A stretch of DNA of 64,000 bases from a virus. The notes under the pieces are model-generated. The model did no database searches. It worked only from the letters and a program-made list of their open reading frames with translations, and was not told the origin of the DNA. Position 1 is the first letter of the stretch. Every line of letters begins with the position of its first letter. Shown piece by piece: positions 35,546 through 45,092 of this stretch. Position numbers and translations under genes: made by a program. Location of the stretch: positions 32,001 through 96,000 of IMG/VR virus record IMGVR_UViG_3300024261_000009, one strand, 5' to 3'.

Positions 35546-37576
35546 ATGTTAAAATTATCAGCAATATCTCCTAGAACCAACGCTTTTATGAGCCCTGAGT
35601 CTTCGGACACACCCGAGGAATCCGCATTCAGCAGAATATTTACTAATCTATCCTATGGGACGTTAGAGACCAAGGCTCCGAAATCTCTGCGAGAGGTAAT
35701 AACCTTTAAGATTCTTGAAGCGGACCTGGAGTCCGGGACTGCTACAGGGGTATTCATATGCCAGAGGGGAAAGGCTGTTTACTATATACCGATGGTACTT
35801 ACCGACAGCACAGTAGTCCCTCCAGAGATGTTGTATAGTAAAGAAGTGGACGCTTTTCTTCCTCTTAAAGAAGGGTGGTTGGACGAACTACAGACTGATT
35901 CTATGGGATCTCTGGGATCTCCTAGTGATATTCCTGAAGGGATGTCCGAGGGTCTCAATCTCTCGGGGATCCTTTCTCCCCCTTCGCAGGGCAGGGTATC
36001 CTACGCTAGTTTTAGTGGGCGGGGTGTACCTCTGGTACCCCTACTGGAAAGGTCTCCTAACACGGTCAAAAAAGCGTTTGCTACGTTTCTTCGAAACAAC
36101 CCAAGCAGCTTGGATACCGCTATCAAGTACCACGGCCCCACTCTGGTTGCGGCCCTTCAGGAGAAGACTGCCGAGGCGGTTCCTCAAAGGGTCTCTTGGG
36201 CGGTTCTCACCACGCAGGACAGCTCCGAGGACTTTAGGACCCATTTCGGTTCTCTTTCCGGTGACGCCTTCAAGGTAGCTGCCGCGGAAGGTTCTGTTAT
36301 ACGAGACACTAGGTCAGACGCGGGGATTCCTATAAGGGTAGAGACCCAGATAAAGCCCCTAGTGCCTGGTGAAAGTGGAGGTTACCGAGTAATTGATACT
36401 AAGGGATCTGTCCACTCCGTGGCTGTATTCGTTAACCCTTCTGATATATCAGGCAACGAAGAAAATCCTGATAAGTACCTTGTACTATTCGAGGGAGGGG
36501 ACTTTATCCGTACAAAGGATTTAGTTGCGCTAGACCATGAGGAAAGCCTGCCGAGGTTTTTATCTAAAGCACTTTCTGAGAAGGGATCTCCTCTAAAGAG
36601 GGGCCGTCAGATTCTGGTCAAGGGAGGAAAATCTCCGTCCGCAACGCTGCCGGTAGGCTTATCCAGTATAGCTGTCTCTGGCGATACAGAGCGGGCTGTC
36701 ATAACAGGTCCTTATTCCAACAGCTCTTTGGTTAGAACTTCAAAAGCTCCCATGGCAGTTCCTCACAGACCTAAGGGGTCAAAAACGGTATTCGTTCCTG
36801 CCAAGTATACCAGTGTTCCTGTAGCGAAAGAGAGGTCTGCAAGCACGTTAGTGACGGACGCGACAACCTTCTTGGAAATGGTAAACACCGGTGTGGCTAA
36901 ACTAGCCTCCCGGAGGATGTCTGTTAAGTCCTCTCTAGCGGGGGAGTGGTCCATAGATGGAAAAAGATCCGGGGACTTCCTGCAGACTGTTAGAAAGATG
37001 GCTTCAGAAGGGCTGCGGGCCGATGCTTCCGCACAATTACTAAAAGATACGCCGTTGGGCGGGGTCATTAACACATACGTAGTCCCAGCCTCTAAACTCA
37101 GCTCCGTAGGGAGCATATTCGCAAAGGGTGCTCAAATGGACCCTTCTATGATGGGCGGCCAAATGGACCCTTCTATGATGGGCGGCCAAATGGACCCTTC
37201 TATGATGGGCGGCCAAATGGACCCTTCTATGATGGGTGCTCAGGTAAACCCTCAGTTTATGCAAGATGCCTCTGCTCTTAATGACCAAGGCGTTTTTGAT
37301 GTAGCCGCAGCAGCTTCAGTGCTCCAGTCTCCGGACCTGCGGGACATCGTGTCTAGTTACTTACCCGACCTTCAAAAAAGCCTAGATAGCTTAGGCCGAA
37401 TACTACTAGCAGTAGGTGTTAGAAAGTCTCATCTAGTCGAACAACTAGGCGAAGAAGAGTATTCTTCTTTAAGGAAGAAGATTAAGCGTGTATTTAATAC
37501 ACTGGGGGACATTGTCCTTAAACTAGACAAGCAGAACAACATAGACCAAGACACTCAGGAAGAGTTACCGTACTAA
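35546..37576 (+). CDS. Large putative internal head protein
   Basis: 676 aa; EKTAE, FKVAA, AKLAS, RKMAS; QMDPSMMGG repeats; helical C-terminus. Confidence 0.65.
   Translation: MLKLSAISPRTNAFMSPESSDTPEESAFSRIFTNLSYGTLETKAPKSLREVITFKILEADLESGTATGVFICQRGKAVYYIPMVLTDSTVVPPEMLYSKEVDAFLPLKEGWLDELQTDSMGSLGSPSDIPEGMSEGLNLSGILSPPSQGRVSYASFSGRGVPLVPLLERSPNTVKKAFATFLRNNPSSLDTAIKYHGPTLVAALQEKTAEAVPQRVSWAVLTTQDSSEDFRTHFGSLSGDAFKVAAAEGSVIRDTRSDAGIPIRVETQIKPLVPGESGGYRVIDTKGSVHSVAVFVNPSDISGNEENPDKYLVLFEGGDFIRTKDLVALDHEESLPRFLSKALSEKGSPLKRGRQILVKGGKSPSATLPVGLSSIAVSGDTERAVITGPYSNSSLVRTSKAPMAVPHRPKGSKTVFVPAKYTSVPVAKERSASTLVTDATTFLEMVNTGVAKLASRRMSVKSSLAGEWSIDGKRSGDFLQTVRKMASEGLRADASAQLLKDTPLGGVINTYVVPASKLSSVGSIFAKGAQMDPSMMGGQMDPSMMGGQMDPSMMGGQMDPSMMGAQVNPQFMQDASALNDQGVFDVAAAASVLQSPDLRDIVSSYLPDLQKSLDSLGRILLAVGVRKSHLVEQLGEEEYSSLRKKIKRVFNTLGDIVLKLDKQNNIDQDTQEELPY
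37133..37240 (+). repeat. 4 x 27-bp coding tandem repeat (QMDPSMMGG)
   Basis: Unit CAAATGGACCCTTCTATGATGGGCGGC: three perfect copies; the fourth ends GGTGCT. Confidence 0.97.
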
Positions 37577-38313
37577 TGGCATCTAAGGGCACCAAAAAGA
37601 GAGCTGAACCTACGCCTAGACTTAGGTCTCCAGATTTTAGGTCTAAGCAGGTGCGCCTAGACAAAGTAAAACCGGAAGACTGTATTGACCCGTACATGCG
37701 GGAGTTTTCCGAGATACTTTGGGGACAAGAAGACAAGGCCTCCGACGGTGTGTACTACGCCTACCTGATTGACCAGGTTCCCTACGCCCGGGCCGTAACA
37801 AGATCCCTACTACTAAGTAAGGCTCCCGTTGAGGCTTTTGTGAACATCCTAGATATGGGCGAGGAGACACTCCTTGCTTACTCTAGGCTCTTCTTTGATG
37901 TCGGGGTTTTCCCGAACAGGCTCTTTAAGGACGTCTATGTTAGACAGCTGTCCGAAATAGGTCCGGAAGACAAGTTTGAGCGTGATATGATGCTCTGGGG
38001 ACTTCAGCTAGGCTGGAAGTACATCTTATGGAAAATCGCGGGGAGCGCCTGTGCGGCAGACCCCGCAGAGGCCCTACAGGGCATGCTAACTGATGCGGTA
38101 TGGAGAAGTAGAGAGCATATTCTCAGCACCGCTACGGACCAGAGAGCAGCGGCGGCTCGTGCCTGGATGCCGCAGGCTCTAAAGGCTCTTGAGATATCTG
38201 AAAAAATTAGTCCGAATAGGGTGAATTCTTTAGAAGAACTCCGTATTCGTTTAGTGGGCGCTGATATTACCCGATCTATAGAAGATTTAGGAAATATAAA
38301 CGTCGTTTCTTAG
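37576..38313 (+). CDS. Hypothetical protein
   Basis: 245 aa, TAATG-coupled to the upstream gene. Confidence 0.65.
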   Translation: MASKGTKKRAEPTPRLRSPDFRSKQVRLDKVKPEDCIDPYMREFSEILWGQEDKASDGVYYAYLIDQVPYARAVTRSLLLSKAPVEAFVNILDMGEETLLAYSRLFFDVGVFPNRLFKDVYVRQLSEIGPEDKFERDMMLWGLQLGWKYILWKIAGSACAADPAEALQGMLTDAVWRSREHILSTATDQRAAAARAWMPQALKALEISEKISPNRVNSLEELRIRLVGADITRSIEDLGNINVVS

Positions 38314-38326
38314 GTAGAGGACACAC

Positions 38327-39163
38327 ATGCGTCGAGCAGATTACGAGCGCAAAGCAGATGAAGCAGTTCAAGGTTTTGTTACCGAGGGTGTCCCTCTTGA
38401 GAGGACTATCGTTAAGATAGCCCGAAGAGACTCTCTTAACCCTGAACAAATTCGGCGGGTCGTGGAGATGGCAAACACGGGAACTTTCTTAGAGTTATTT
38501 AACAAGACCGCTGGAGAAGACGACCGTATGGTGGAATTCTCCGTAGCTGATCCAGAGTCGGTTATAGAACAATTCTACGAGAGCTCTCCAGAGAAGTTAA
38601 GTAAGGTGGCTGCGTTGAGGACTCCTATTTCTGAAGAAGCTTATTACGCCTCTGTAGAGGACGAAAACACCCCGAGAGAAGCGCTCACTAAAGCGGCCTC
38701 GAAGGAGGAATCCGGAGTGGAGGACCCACGGAAGCTCGTTCCCTGGCAGGTTGCTCTGGAGCGAAGCCGAAAGGTCGCCAGTTCTCTAGAGGACAAGATC
38801 TGTGAAGCGGATATCCTGGCGGGGGAGTTAGCCGATAAAGTCGCTTCTAGTTTCCGAGGTATCTATTCTCGGGAAGAGTATCCCAAGTTTGAGAAAGAAG
38901 CATTCCTGTTATACGGGTCAGATGCTGCCATACCCGCCATTGCTATACGAAGGAGACTGGGGATGCCCTCACTGGAAGTTGTGCCCTCAGCAGAATCGCT
39001 GAAGACAGCCTCCTACTACGCTGTTGTTGACAAGACTTCCAAAGGAATGCCCGAGGTGGGAGAGTACCTAAAGCAGGCGGGGGTTGTGTCTGAGTGTACT
39101 CAGGCTCTTGAAGCGATCTCTGCTCGGATAAACAAACTTCAATGGGGCAAGTACCGTGGCTAA
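38327..39163 (+). CDS. Putative internal head protein (K-x-A rich)
   Basis: 9 K-x-A motifs, e.g. FNKTAG, SKVAA, RKVAS, LKTAS. Confidence 0.65.
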   Translation: MRRADYERKADEAVQGFVTEGVPLERTIVKIARRDSLNPEQIRRVVEMANTGTFLELFNKTAGEDDRMVEFSVADPESVIEQFYESSPEKLSKVAALRTPISEEAYYASVEDENTPREALTKAASKEESGVEDPRKLVPWQVALERSRKVASSLEDKICEADILAGELADKVASSFRGIYSREEYPKFEKEAFLLYGSDAAIPAIAIRRRLGMPSLEVVPSAESLKTASYYAVVDKTSKGMPEVGEYLKQAGVVSECTQALEAISARINKLQWGKYRG

Positions 39164-39806
39164 CTACCGTGACAAACTGGCGTCCTGGGACAAATCCCTA
39201 GGGCAGGAAAAGATGGCTACGGACCTAGCCGAGGTGGCTTTATTAGGCTCGATGATGGGGTCTAACCAGGGGTCCGCTGCGACCCAAAGCAAGATGCTTC
39301 TGAACAAGACGCCTTACCTACTGGGGGCTAAGGCCCTTAACACGACAGACCCCGCGTTTGACACACTAGGCTATCGCCTTAACAGGTTCTTCCACGGGGG
39401 CTTCAAGGGCCTGATGGACCGAGTAAAGGCAGACGAGATCTTTGCTAAGACGGTTGTTGACGGACTTTCACAAACGACCTTTGAAGTTGCTAAGGATACG
39501 CTAGCGGATTCTTTTTCCTCGGCGTCAAAAGCGATGTACGAACGTAACGTAGCAAGCCCAACCAGAGTTGCCATCTTGGACCAACTTAAAAAAGAAGACG
39601 ACATAATTGGTGCCGCGGGTCAGAAGAACCTACTAGAGGCGTACCATACTATGAAGACATTCGCTCCCAGCCTCTCCATAGACAAGAACGCCGTTAAATC
39701 CTTCCTGAGGCAGGCCGTACAGCACGAAGGCGGAATAGACTATGTTAGTATCAAGGGACTGGCGGAAGCAGAGAACGCAATAACAGGAAAACCGAGGGAT
39801 CGATAG
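39156..39806 (+). CDS. Putative internal head protein
   Basis: GTG start overlapping the upstream gene; DKLAS, EKMAT. Confidence 0.6.
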   Translation: MANYRDKLASWDKSLGQEKMATDLAEVALLGSMMGSNQGSAATQSKMLLNKTPYLLGAKALNTTDPAFDTLGYRLNRFFHGGFKGLMDRVKADEIFAKTVVDGLSQTTFEVAKDTLADSFSSASKAMYERNVASPTRVAILDQLKKEDDIIGAAGQKNLLEAYHTMKTFAPSLSIDKNAVKSFLRQAVQHEGGIDYVSIKGLAEAENAITGKPRDR

Positions 39807-39807
39807 T

Positions 39808-40047
39808 ATGTTAGAAGAACTTTTATCCAGACCAGAGGTCCTAGCTAAACTCCCAGAGACAATCAAGCAGGCTTCTAGAAACAGAACCTTGGACCAACTA
39901 GTACTAGAAAAAATGGCGTCTGAGGGGGTGCTCGTAAGAGAGTTTACTCCTACAGAGGCTCTAAAAGACCTGGGCAAAAAGATATACTTAAAGAACGCCC
40001 AGTGGACCCTTGTAAGAAATGGTCTACTAGCTCTAGAGGAGGTCTAA
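39808..40047 (+). CDS. Small putative internal head protein
   Basis: IKQAS, EKMAS; tightly packed with neighbours. Confidence 0.6.
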   Translation: MLEELLSRPEVLAKLPETIKQASRNRTLDQLVLEKMASEGVLVREFTPTEALKDLGKKIYLKNAQWTLVRNGLLALEEV

Positions 40048-40728
40048 ATGTCTCTCCAAGTATTAGCAAACTACCCCTTAGTAGTACTTTACGCGCGTAA
40101 GTCTAGAGAACTAGGTAAACTTGCTTCCGTGGTACAGGGGAGCCAGACTAAGAACACCCTACTAAAGAAAGCGGCTGTTGACGCACTCCTTGTAAGAGAA
40201 TTAGAGAAGACTGCTTCAAGTATTCTTTCTAGATTCAAAAGTTTGGGTGCGGCGGCGAAGATGAAAGAGGGATCCTTGGGTTTAGGAAAAGGGTTGGCTA
40301 TAGGTACTGGAATAGCTGTGCCCACGTTAGCCGCTGGAGGATACCTCATTGACCGGTCGGGCCAAGAAACCGAAGACCGTATGAACAGTATCCTTACCCG
40401 AGGCAGCTTGCTCGCGGGTGGCGTAGGCGCGGGCCTACTAGGTCTTAACCAGCTAGGAAAACATCTCGACTCCAAGAGTCGGATGCAGGAGAGGTCCCAC
40501 TCAGCAGGACTCCAAGCTTCCCTAGAAGCTTTAAGAGCAAAGAGAGCTCAGGATGACACGGTACTTTTTGAGAAAGCGTCGGCCTGTTACTCTGCCATAG
40601 AGGTACTCAGAAAGACAATAGACACCAATGAGCACAGCGAGTCCCTCTGTAAAAGGGCCGCTGAGGTTCTGGTAGTGGCTAACGGCCACTTAGCAGATAT
40701 CGCAGGGGATATCCTTTTAGGAGAATAA
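40048..40728 (+). CDS. Gly-zipper putative internal/ejection protein
   Basis: GKLAS, EKTAS; GLGLGKGLAIGTG and AGGVGAGLLG. Confidence 0.6.
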   Translation: MSLQVLANYPLVVLYARKSRELGKLASVVQGSQTKNTLLKKAAVDALLVRELEKTASSILSRFKSLGAAAKMKEGSLGLGKGLAIGTGIAVPTLAAGGYLIDRSGQETEDRMNSILTRGSLLAGGVGAGLLGLNQLGKHLDSKSRMQERSHSAGLQASLEALRAKRAQDDTVLFEKASACYSAIEVLRKTIDTNEHSESLCKRAAEVLVVANGHLADIAGDILLGE

Positions 40729-40731
40729 GCC

Positions 40732-42501
40732 TTGGATAAAATCATAGAAGTGTCGAAGATGCTATCTTCCAAGCATCTTATGACCCTAGAACCCTCTGTA
40801 CAAATAATCACTCCCGGGACTTCCAGGGGGCTATCTGAAAAAGTAGCCTCTGAGGCGGCCTCGTGGGCTAGACAGGTTACGCCTGAGCCTGGGAAGACCT
40901 TTATCCTGGTGTTAGCTCTGGGTGCCAGCGAATACTACGGTCCTAACAGAAACGGCGATGGGTTTAAGGACTCAGAACTTAGAAAGTCCTACAAGACTTT
41001 TGAGGATCTGGCGCATGTGTACATGCACCACAAGAATAAGGATCCAGAGAAGTCTGTTGGGTCTGTGGTGAAGTCTTTCTATAACCCAGATATGCGCCGA
41101 GTCGAGCTGATACTTAAGCTCGATAATAAAAAGGCTCCAGACGTAGCGGATAAAATAGCCAAGGGGCAAACTGTAGCGGTAAGCATGGGCTGTAGGATAA
41201 AGAAAGACGTGTGCTCTATCTGCGGACACGAGGCTGCGAACAGATCGCAGTACTGTGACCATGCTAAATTTCAAATGAACGACATCCTCCCAGACGGCAG
41301 GATTGTGTTTGTGGACAACCCTAGTCCTAAATTCTTCGATATTTCCATTGTTTGGAGACCCGCGGATAAGACAGGTTACATGCTAAAAAAGGTTGCCTAT
41401 GACATGTCTCAGAGGGATGTCGGAGAACCCTCAACTGTCCTAGCCGAAAAGCTTGCTCGAAAGAACGTGCTCAGCTCCTACATACAGAAAGCCGCTGATA
41501 TAGATAAAATAGTACAGGGCATAGGCTTTGGTGCACCCCAGGAAGAGAGAGGACGAAGTCTTCATAGCGAGTGGCTTAAGCACATTGTTCCTAAGATAGT
41601 GTCGGACTATAAGCCCCTGGCTAACCGGGACCTAAAATGGTTGTCCGGAAAAAGTTTTCCTAAGGTACTAAAAGCCTTGTCAAGTATGGGAATCCTACTA
41701 ACGACGCCAGAGTTCCTAAACCTTTTCTTTATGAAAACGACGGGCAAGCCTGCGCCAGAAGGAGCGGCTGATAAACTAGTGGCCCTTCAGGGCGACATTT
41801 TTGACCTGATGGCTAACCACCCAGAACTTACTGAGGTGGTGGTTAACTCAGGAGTCCTCCCAGAGGAAGGGGAGACAAAGGAAGCAGAATTACTGAGCAG
41901 GATGGGCAAGTACTATAGTAGCAGGTCTCTGGAGAAAGATAACCTCTTAAAGAAGAGTGCGTCTATAACGTATACTCCTATGACTCCCCGACTTAGCGAG
42001 TACATGAATAAAGCCCGACTAGAGGGGGACATGGCCACCCTTACATATACTGATCCAAACTCAGGCAAGGTTCACTACACCGATAGAGGTTCTGCTAGAG
42101 CGGCTCGTAGCGCTCGTAAGGAACAGGCTAAACTACTGGGCTCCTTGGGAGCGGCTGCTATGAGTTTAATAGCTTACCGAGGTCTCAGAGGTCTGGGTCG
42201 GGCTCGAGCGGCCGCCCCTGTAGGCCTTATTGGTGGTAGTACAGGCCTCGGGATATATGGGGCAACTACCGCGGGCAAGAAAATTAGGACCGACCAAGGC
42301 GTATTAGTTGACCCATCGTTAACTTTTAATGTTAAACAGGGATCGGCCAAATTAAGTCTTGCCTTATCGATAGATTACGCGCGTAATGGCTCGATAAAGA
42401 CGGCCTCAACTTCTAACGGACTAAGGGACTTGGTGGGTTCGTCCGAAGATTTAGATTTCAATTTCGTGGCCCAGAGCATTGGAAGGGCTATTTTAGAATA
42501 A
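40732..42501 (+). CDS. Prohead (maturation) protease with long C-terminal extension
   Basis: GPNRNGDGF, HVYMHH (catalytic His), VAVSMGC (catalytic Ser), CSICG...YCDH, FFDISIV..PAD: HK97/assemblin-type fold. Located upstream of the scaffold and MCP genes. Confidence 0.8.
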   Translation: MDKIIEVSKMLSSKHLMTLEPSVQIITPGTSRGLSEKVASEAASWARQVTPEPGKTFILVLALGASEYYGPNRNGDGFKDSELRKSYKTFEDLAHVYMHHKNKDPEKSVGSVVKSFYNPDMRRVELILKLDNKKAPDVADKIAKGQTVAVSMGCRIKKDVCSICGHEAANRSQYCDHAKFQMNDILPDGRIVFVDNPSPKFFDISIVWRPADKTGYMLKKVAYDMSQRDVGEPSTVLAEKLARKNVLSSYIQKAADIDKIVQGIGFGAPQEERGRSLHSEWLKHIVPKIVSDYKPLANRDLKWLSGKSFPKVLKALSSMGILLTTPEFLNLFFMKTTGKPAPEGAADKLVALQGDIFDLMANHPELTEVVVNSGVLPEEGETKEAELLSRMGKYYSSRSLEKDNLLKKSASITYTPMTPRLSEYMNKARLEGDMATLTYTDPNSGKVHYTDRGSARAARSARKEQAKLLGSLGAAAMSLIAYRGLRGLGRARAAAPVGLIGGSTGLGIYGATTAGKKIRTDQGVLVDPSLTFNVKQGSAKLSLALSIDYARNGSIKTASTSNGLRDLVGSSEDLDFNFVAQSIGRAILE

Positions 42502-42586
42502 CCAGCCTTGTTGTGGGTTGTCACTTTTTCTAAACTTGTGGCGTGGATGCTAGTGCCCGCCAAATAAAGATAATGGAGCGTTACAG

Positions 42587-43135
42587 ATGGAGCTTTCTCA
42601 AATTTTAAATTCTCTCGGAGCAACCGGCGCTGAGAAAACGGCGGAAGACATGTCTGCTACCAGCGAAACTGGTACAGACACGAAGCTTTCTGAGGCCCTT
42701 AACATTGCCCTAAACGAGGTTGCTCAGGAAAAGGTTGCCCACGTGCAAACTACTCCTACGGAGGACTTGACCAAGATTGCAACCCGACTAGCCAGCGCAG
42801 AACAAGAGGCTTTAGTTAAAGAAGCTGAACTGTACGGAGCGGCTCTATGTGACGGTTTCATGTCTAGAATGGGCCAGTATGATAATACAGCCGTTTCGAC
42901 CAAGACAGCCTCTGAAGACACCTTTGAAAAGTTCGCAGCAGAGAACCCCAGTCTAGTTAAGCAGGCTGCTGACCTAGGGTACCGAGAGACAACTTACCAA
43001 TTGGAAAAGTTGGCTCAGGACTCCTACGAGGAAGGCTACGCTAAGACTGCGGGTCTCATTAAGACTGCCGCTATTAAGTGTGCCTCCCGAGGAGAGAACG
43101 ACACTTACAACCTGCTGGCAGCACTCGGTAACTAA
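42587..43135 (+). CDS. Scaffold/core protein (K-x-A rich)
   Basis: Acidic and helical; 11 of 12 lysines are in K-x-A. Confidence 0.65.
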   Translation: MELSQILNSLGATGAEKTAEDMSATSETGTDTKLSEALNIALNEVAQEKVAHVQTTPTEDLTKIATRLASAEQEALVKEAELYGAALCDGFMSRMGQYDNTAVSTKTASEDTFEKFAAENPSLVKQAADLGYRETTYQLEKLAQDSYEEGYAKTAGLIKTAAIKCASRGENDTYNLLAALGN

Positions 43136-43803
43136 TGTCAAGAACAGCATCCGATATTTACTTTGATCTCTTTGATAAGACCTCCTCCCTCTGGGAAGGG
43201 TCTTCAGAAGATTTCGATAAGATTGCGCGGGGGGGAGCCGTTAGGTCCTACCTAGGCGGCTTACTTCAGAGAGCTGGTGGAAGAACGGGGAATATAGGAA
43301 CAAAGCTTACTCAACACGGTAACCGTGCTGGGGGCGAAATGGTCCTGCATCCCCGCACGCAGGAGGCGGTTCATTTTAACCGCCTAGGCAAGCTTGATCA
43401 GCAAGAAGTTCTGAGGAACCAAGTCAACCAGTATACGGACGATTTGGCGAAGGCGAAGGCGAAGCTTAAGCCAAAACCCGAGACTAAGGTAGACACACAA
43501 ACCCCAACCAAGGGTCTGGGCGAGAAGGTTGTAGCACCTACAGAGGCAGCTACACCCCGTAATCGACTTAGGTCCTTGCTTATTGGGGGTGGGTTAGCCG
43601 CGGCGGGTGGTGCGGGCGCATACCAGCTGGGCCGAGTCTCCGGAGAAGAAGGGGCTTCTAATAATAGAAACCTAGCCTTCGGCGGCGGACTAGCAGCGGG
43701 GTTGGCGGCACCACACGTACTAACAGGCATTAATAGGATAGTGGCTAATCAGGGACTACTACCCTCAGGGCAGTACTCCCCCAGCAACTTCCAGAGGATC
43801 TAA
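43135..43803 (+). CDS. Gly-zipper putative internal/ejection protein
   Basis: LFDKTSS, FDKIAR; IGGGLAAAGGAGA and FGGGLAAGLAA. Confidence 0.6.
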   Translation: MSRTASDIYFDLFDKTSSLWEGSSEDFDKIARGGAVRSYLGGLLQRAGGRTGNIGTKLTQHGNRAGGEMVLHPRTQEAVHFNRLGKLDQQEVLRNQVNQYTDDLAKAKAKLKPKPETKVDTQTPTKGLGEKVVAPTEAATPRNRLRSLLIGGGLAAAGGAGAYQLGRVSGEEGASNNRNLAFGGGLAAGLAAPHVLTGINRIVANQGLLPSGQYSPSNFQRI

Positions 43804-43805
43804 GT

Positions 43806-44015
43806 ATGAGCAAACTCCAGAAAGAGGTTACCGAAATCCTCGAGTCTGTCAGAAGCGGGACTATCGAAATTACCAAGGTTGCTTCCACAGAGGCGCTATC
43901 GATTGAGACTAACCCTGTTAGCGGGGGACTGAGAAAGTTGGCTGAAGCGGTTCGTGTCGTGGACACCAGTCCTACTTACGACGACATATTCTTTCTAGTA
44001 GGGAGGAATAAGTAA
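43806..44015 (+). CDS. Small putative head protein
   Basis: TKVAS, RKLAE. Confidence 0.6.
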   Translation: MSKLQKEVTEILESVRSGTIEITKVASTEALSIETNPVSGGLRKLAEAVRVVDTSPTYDDIFFLVGRNK

Positions 44016-44173
44016 TGGGGTCCTATACTGATAAAACGGAGGATCTGAAGAAGCTCGCAGGGCTTGTCAGAACCTACGCGGAGAGGTTAGACGCGGATAA
44101 GCGGAAAAAGACGGCCTCCTTATTAGTTGCGGCTACGGGCCTTGCTATTCTAACTGAAAAATTAAGGGGCTAG
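44015..44173 (+). CDS. 52-aa small head protein, not in the ORF track
   Basis: MGSYTDKTEDLKKLAGLVRTYAERLDADKRKKTASLLVAATGLAILTEKLRG. It is TAATG-coupled, has GGAGG upstream and fills the gap exactly. Confidence 0.7.
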   Translation: MGSYTDKTEDLKKLAGLVRTYAERLDADKRKKTASLLVAATGLAILTEKLRG

Positions 44174-44174
44174 G

Positions 44175-44525
44175 ATGAATACAAAATTCTTACTTAAAGT
44201 GGCAGATGTTCTGGATTCTCTCGCAGAAGAAAATTCTAAGCTCTCCCAAGAAAAAGAAGCGAACGAAAGAAAGCACCGGGAACAGATCATTGCGCCCTTT
44301 CTTAGTAAGCTTTCCTTTTTGTCTGGAGAAGAACCTGAGGTTCTTAAGCAAAAACTGGCTAGTGCTGATCCAGAAGTTCTGGAGATGTTGTCTAAGGTTG
44401 CCGGTTCGAATACAGTTTCAGAGCTAGGAAGTCCTAGTAATATTAAATCCGCCTCGGCACCGCTTAGCAAGAGAGAAACTTTTGCAGCAGCAGAGGATAA
44501 TTTTGCACGCTGGTGCGTATCTTAA
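44175..44525 (+). CDS. Scaffold-like coiled-coil protein
   Basis: LKVAD, QKLAS, SKVAG, IKSAS; located just upstream of the capsid genes. Confidence 0.6.
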   Translation: MNTKFLLKVADVLDSLAEENSKLSQEKEANERKHREQIIAPFLSKLSFLSGEEPEVLKQKLASADPEVLEMLSKVAGSNTVSELGSPSNIKSASAPLSKRETFAAAEDNFARWCVS

Positions 44526-44540
44526 AGGAGAAAACGGAAT

Positions 44541-45068
44541 ATGGCTATTCTAGATTCCAAATTCGATATCCTCAGAGGGTGGCCAAATGGCAGTGCCGTC
44601 GCAGAGGAATTCAAGCTAACAACCACTAACAATACCGGCAATCAAAAAGCCGGTAAGTGGGTACCCATAGCAGACGGCATGGCCGTATCTGACGCGGTGG
44701 CTACTAGCTCGGGCGGAGCAGCATGCGCCCTAGTTATTGAAGGACGAGAAGACGAGAGCCACAAGCTCTCTGGAACTTGTACAGCCCTTCTTGGCGGCGG
44801 ATATGTTGTGCGGCTTGAGAATGTGACTGCGGACAGTGAGCAGTTTACTAGTGTTGGTTTGACTACTGGCTCAGCCGTTGCGGTTGCTGGCAGCATTATT
44901 GTTGCAGCAGTTGGCGCGGACATCGCAGTTGACCTTGCGGTTGCTGCTGATGCAGCCCAAGTGGCACGTAACGTGGCGGACCCGCTCGGTAGCGTTGTTG
45001 GGTTTGTTCTCGACGCTAGCAAAATCGCAAACAACGGTACAGGCACCGTTGACGTTTACATCCGATAA
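44541..45068 (+). CDS. Probable capsid decoration/cement protein
   Basis: Small beta-rich protein immediately upstream of the MCP, strong RBS AAAGGAG, high-expression codon usage. Assigned by position. Confidence 0.55.
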   Translation: MAILDSKFDILRGWPNGSAVAEEFKLTTTNNTGNQKAGKWVPIADGMAVSDAVATSSGGAACALVIEGREDESHKLSGTCTALLGGGYVVRLENVTADSEQFTSVGLTTGSAVAVAGSIIVAAVGADIAVDLAVAADAAQVARNVADPLGSVVGFVLDASKIANNGTGTVDVYIR

Positions 45069-45092
45069 ACTCGGCACTGAAGGAGAAAGAAG

